From positions 1,550,001 through 1,614,000 of the forward strand of contig JAQGDQ010000003.1 of the NCBI GenBank assembly GCA_030141605.1: a stretch of DNA of 64,000 nucleotides, given 5' to 3'. Made by a program: the position numbers and the translations under genes. How positions within the stretch are numbered: position 1 is the stretch's first letter; the number at the start of each line of letters is the position of its first letter. This DNA comes from Tubiluchus corallicola. Its lineage: Eukaryota; Animalia; Priapulida. The notes below the pieces were generated by a model. The model was not told the DNA's origin. It did no database searches and saw only the letters and a program-made list of their open reading frames with translations. Below, piece by piece: positions 60,944-64,000 of this stretch.

Positions 60944-63774
60944 TTAACTTATTGTATGTAACACTGGTATTATACGCAATGTAGATTTTACATTATTTTA
61001 AAGATTCAAAGTTATTTCACTTAGTTGCTTCACTTAGAGACCAGGTATATTCAGTAGGCCCTGTCATTGAGTGCTGCCACCCTTTTGCAAAATGCCGAAC
61101 TGTATTTAAAATAAGTTTTTTCGCTGAATCAATATCCAGGTATTAATTCACAATACACTTATTAAACTACAAAGAACTAAGAATTCATTGGGGTTTTATC
61201 AACGAGAAACAGACACCCTTGCAGACGATATAATAACCTTTCAGAGATTCGGTTCTGCATACGTACACACGGTACATATAGGAAAAGCCCCAATCGTAGA
61301 TTGTGTGATGCATTAGCCGTTCATCTCGTTGCACTGTCTCGCGGGAAAACGCGAGAATGAATATCATCTAATAATGACCTACGCGAAAATGGTTTTATAT
61401 CAAAGGCTTTTGTCAATAGATGATATTTAATTATTTTTATCATTTTATGTCTCGAATTTCGCGAAATGATTATTTCTGTAGCCGAGGCATGGTAATGTAA
61501 CGCTCCCTAGAGGGCGATAGTAATTGTAGCGGTATTCAGGTGCATTGTTGGGAGAACAAGCGATCACAAATGCTGCTACTGTTTAATAGTTCAATCAGCT
61601 CTAGTTAATGTATTTGTACAATGACCATTAAGCCGAACGACGAATTAAAAACTTGCTGACGGTGAGCAAGTAGTGCTAGGAAAAACACGAGATTAATTTA
61701 TTGTACATGCATTATATAACGATGATTACTATAATTATGCTGTGTCCCAATTAATTGGCTTGTATAATTATGCTCCGCGCGAGCAAGTTCCCTAATGAAA
61801 ACCGAGGAAAAAATTGAGCAAATAGTCAGGGTTGATAAAATATTACATTAAGCTTACATTACGCTGGAAAAAGACTGTCTGTTGCAAAAGAACAAAGACG
61901 AATAGTTTGTAGTGTCTATAGTAAGTTTTCAGTATTCTGAATGTTTCAAAGCCTAACGATTTGGTACTGTACTGTGCGGAATGACTACATATTGTCGATA
62001 TTTGCATACGTTTTGCAATTTGCGTTTCACGTGTTATTTGTGTCCTCTAGGCTTTACGTCACACATTGCAGCTATAAACAATATAGGCATTGTTATATTT
62101 TTATATATATGGTGAAACGGTAAACTGGCTAAGGTCAAACATCAAACTTCAGACTACTAATAACATCAAAGTAGTATAGACGCTGTTTTTTATTCTCTTT
62201 TATTAATAAAGAGAGGAAAAACAACATCCACACTACGCTCTTTGTACAAAACTCCATCATTATGTAGACTTCAACTTCAAATAACAGAACGACCATGATG
62301 TACATCACTTTTAAATTGCCTTAGTTTAAAGTCATTTAGAACAATTCGTGGTAAGAATTTTAATACATTTTTGAACAAATACTCGATACTAAACCAGTGA
62401 GAAAAGTGAAGGAAAACAACGTATATTACTTGTTCTTAAGAGATGTAATGCAATACACGGTTGCGTTTGTAAAATCTCTGAGGCAAGTATTTTTCAATAG
62501 AAAGTGAACATTTATTCGCATCACATTTTCATTAGTATCAGTGCGCTGATGTTGATGCATGCCCTCAATCGTTACACATCCAAGAAAAACAACCAAGAGT
62601 TACATATTCTGATTCAGTGTGTATGCCACTAGCCTTGCATAATGAAGTCAAGAAGCCGTATACATACATGTATTCATGACAGCTACGCATTTATTTGTTC
62701 AGTTACATTGTCTAAGCCGTGTCTTCGCAGCGAGTCCATTACGGTCCGGCTTAATGGCAACAGCATTAATAATTAAACATTTTTGATAGCAATTATTAAT
62801 TGATGCAATCCGTAGCTGCATTATTGATGCGAATAAATGGCATCACGGCGCAATTCATCGCTATAAATTGCTATTTGGCTTAAGCGCGCGTGAGAGATAT
62901 TATACTGAAGAAAATATAGTGCGTGAAGACATGTTGCATTGGCATGCGGAGAGAAATGAAAAAATGATTTATGCTTGATTAAAACGCCCACCATGTTGAA
63001 TGGGAGAACGAGGTAAACAGTTGGTAAAAACATTCTAGTAACAGAAGGTATTTAACTCGTTACAAGCATCATTGAAACTAACGGCATGTTCAGACTAGCG
63101 TGTTTTCTCAACAAGTTAACTCGCAGGCGTGTTCATTTAGTGTCATACAGTTTGCGATTTCTTGCCAAAAGTAACTCGCAAAGCAGTTCACACTTGCATG
63201 TTTTCTGTCAGAGAGAAAACGCGCGACAGAAATCTCGCTAGTCTAAACGCGCCGAAACAACCTCAAATGTTACAATTTATGCGTGTATTGCTGGTTTACA
63301 ATTTATTCAATTTAAGTTCTTGTGGATGTTGGCCCTTCAGGGTAAGAACTCTCTAAATGACAAAATGACAAATAGCTCTCATTCACAGTATTCATAAATT
63401 AAATGCACTAGTTTCATCAAGAAAGTAATTCCAAACTTAAGACGACGTCAATCAGATTTCACGAGTGAAACTGAAAAAACCAAACTAAAATCATAAACGC
63501 AAAATTTACTTGTTGAACTAGAAAAGCGACAAGGTTTCTGACAAACCACAGACGAAATTAATCTAATAGTTATTGTGTTAAACTAAATAATGACCATTGA
63601 ACTTAACAAATGTCAGAGTTACGGCGTCAAATTTTAGAAAATCTCCCCAAGGCTGAAAATGTTGACAAAAGTCACAGTTACTGAAGCTAGAGAGCACCGA
63701 CAGATGCCAGAAATACTCTGCTAACCTGGAAAACCAATTCAAACTACAGTGAACTGACGAACATCAAAGCTATC

Positions 63775-64000
63775 CCACTTAAGATAGGTTATAATGTGTT
63801 TTCATAACAAGTATTTTTCATAAAATTGACGATTTCTCTTTTCCTATCATTATATATACTTTTCCTTCTAGCAATATTCTACTTAAGATAAATTATAAGG
63901 TGTTTTCATAACAGGTATTTTTCATAAAGTTCATGATTTTTCATTTCCTGTTGTTATGTATATTTTTCCTTCTAGCAATATTCCACTTAAGATAAGTTGT
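63775..64000. repeat. 104-bp tandem repeat, at least 2.2 copies, running off the window end
   Basis: C(C/T)ACTTAAGATA starts at 63775, 63879 and 63983, with shared internal GTGTTTTCATAACA and TTTTCCTTCTAGCAATATTC. Confidence 0.92.

Overview
AT-rich, intron-containing animal (non-vertebrate) genomic DNA, not prokaryotic. The ORF track mostly shows exon fragments and noise, so the genes were rebuilt by hand from GT-AG boundaries and reading phase. In order: the 3' part of an RMI1-like gene (+) carrying two tandem C-terminal OB folds; a small MICOS13/QIL1 gene (-) whose first intron holds an RTE-type LINE, a pogo/Tigger element nested in the LINE, and a hAT MITE; two intact tandem acireductone dioxygenase (ADI1) paralogues (-); a 17-exon GAF-GAF-PDEase PDE10-like gene (+); a secreted CAP/CRISP protein with an acidic pro-region and a ShKT-like domain (-); and the 3' two-thirds of a COE/EBF (collier) transcription factor (-) with alternative C-terminal exons. 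MITEs, SINE-like fragments and tandem repeats fill the introns. Family assignments rest on motifs recalled from known proteins, not on database searches. The best candidates for novelty are the exon-module duplication of the RMI1 OB2 domain, the PCNA-binding (PIP-box) micro-ORFs kept in unrelated non-autonomous transposons, the toxin-precursor-like CRISP-ShKT gene and the diverged ADI1 pair. No wholly new system can be demonstrated from sequence alone.
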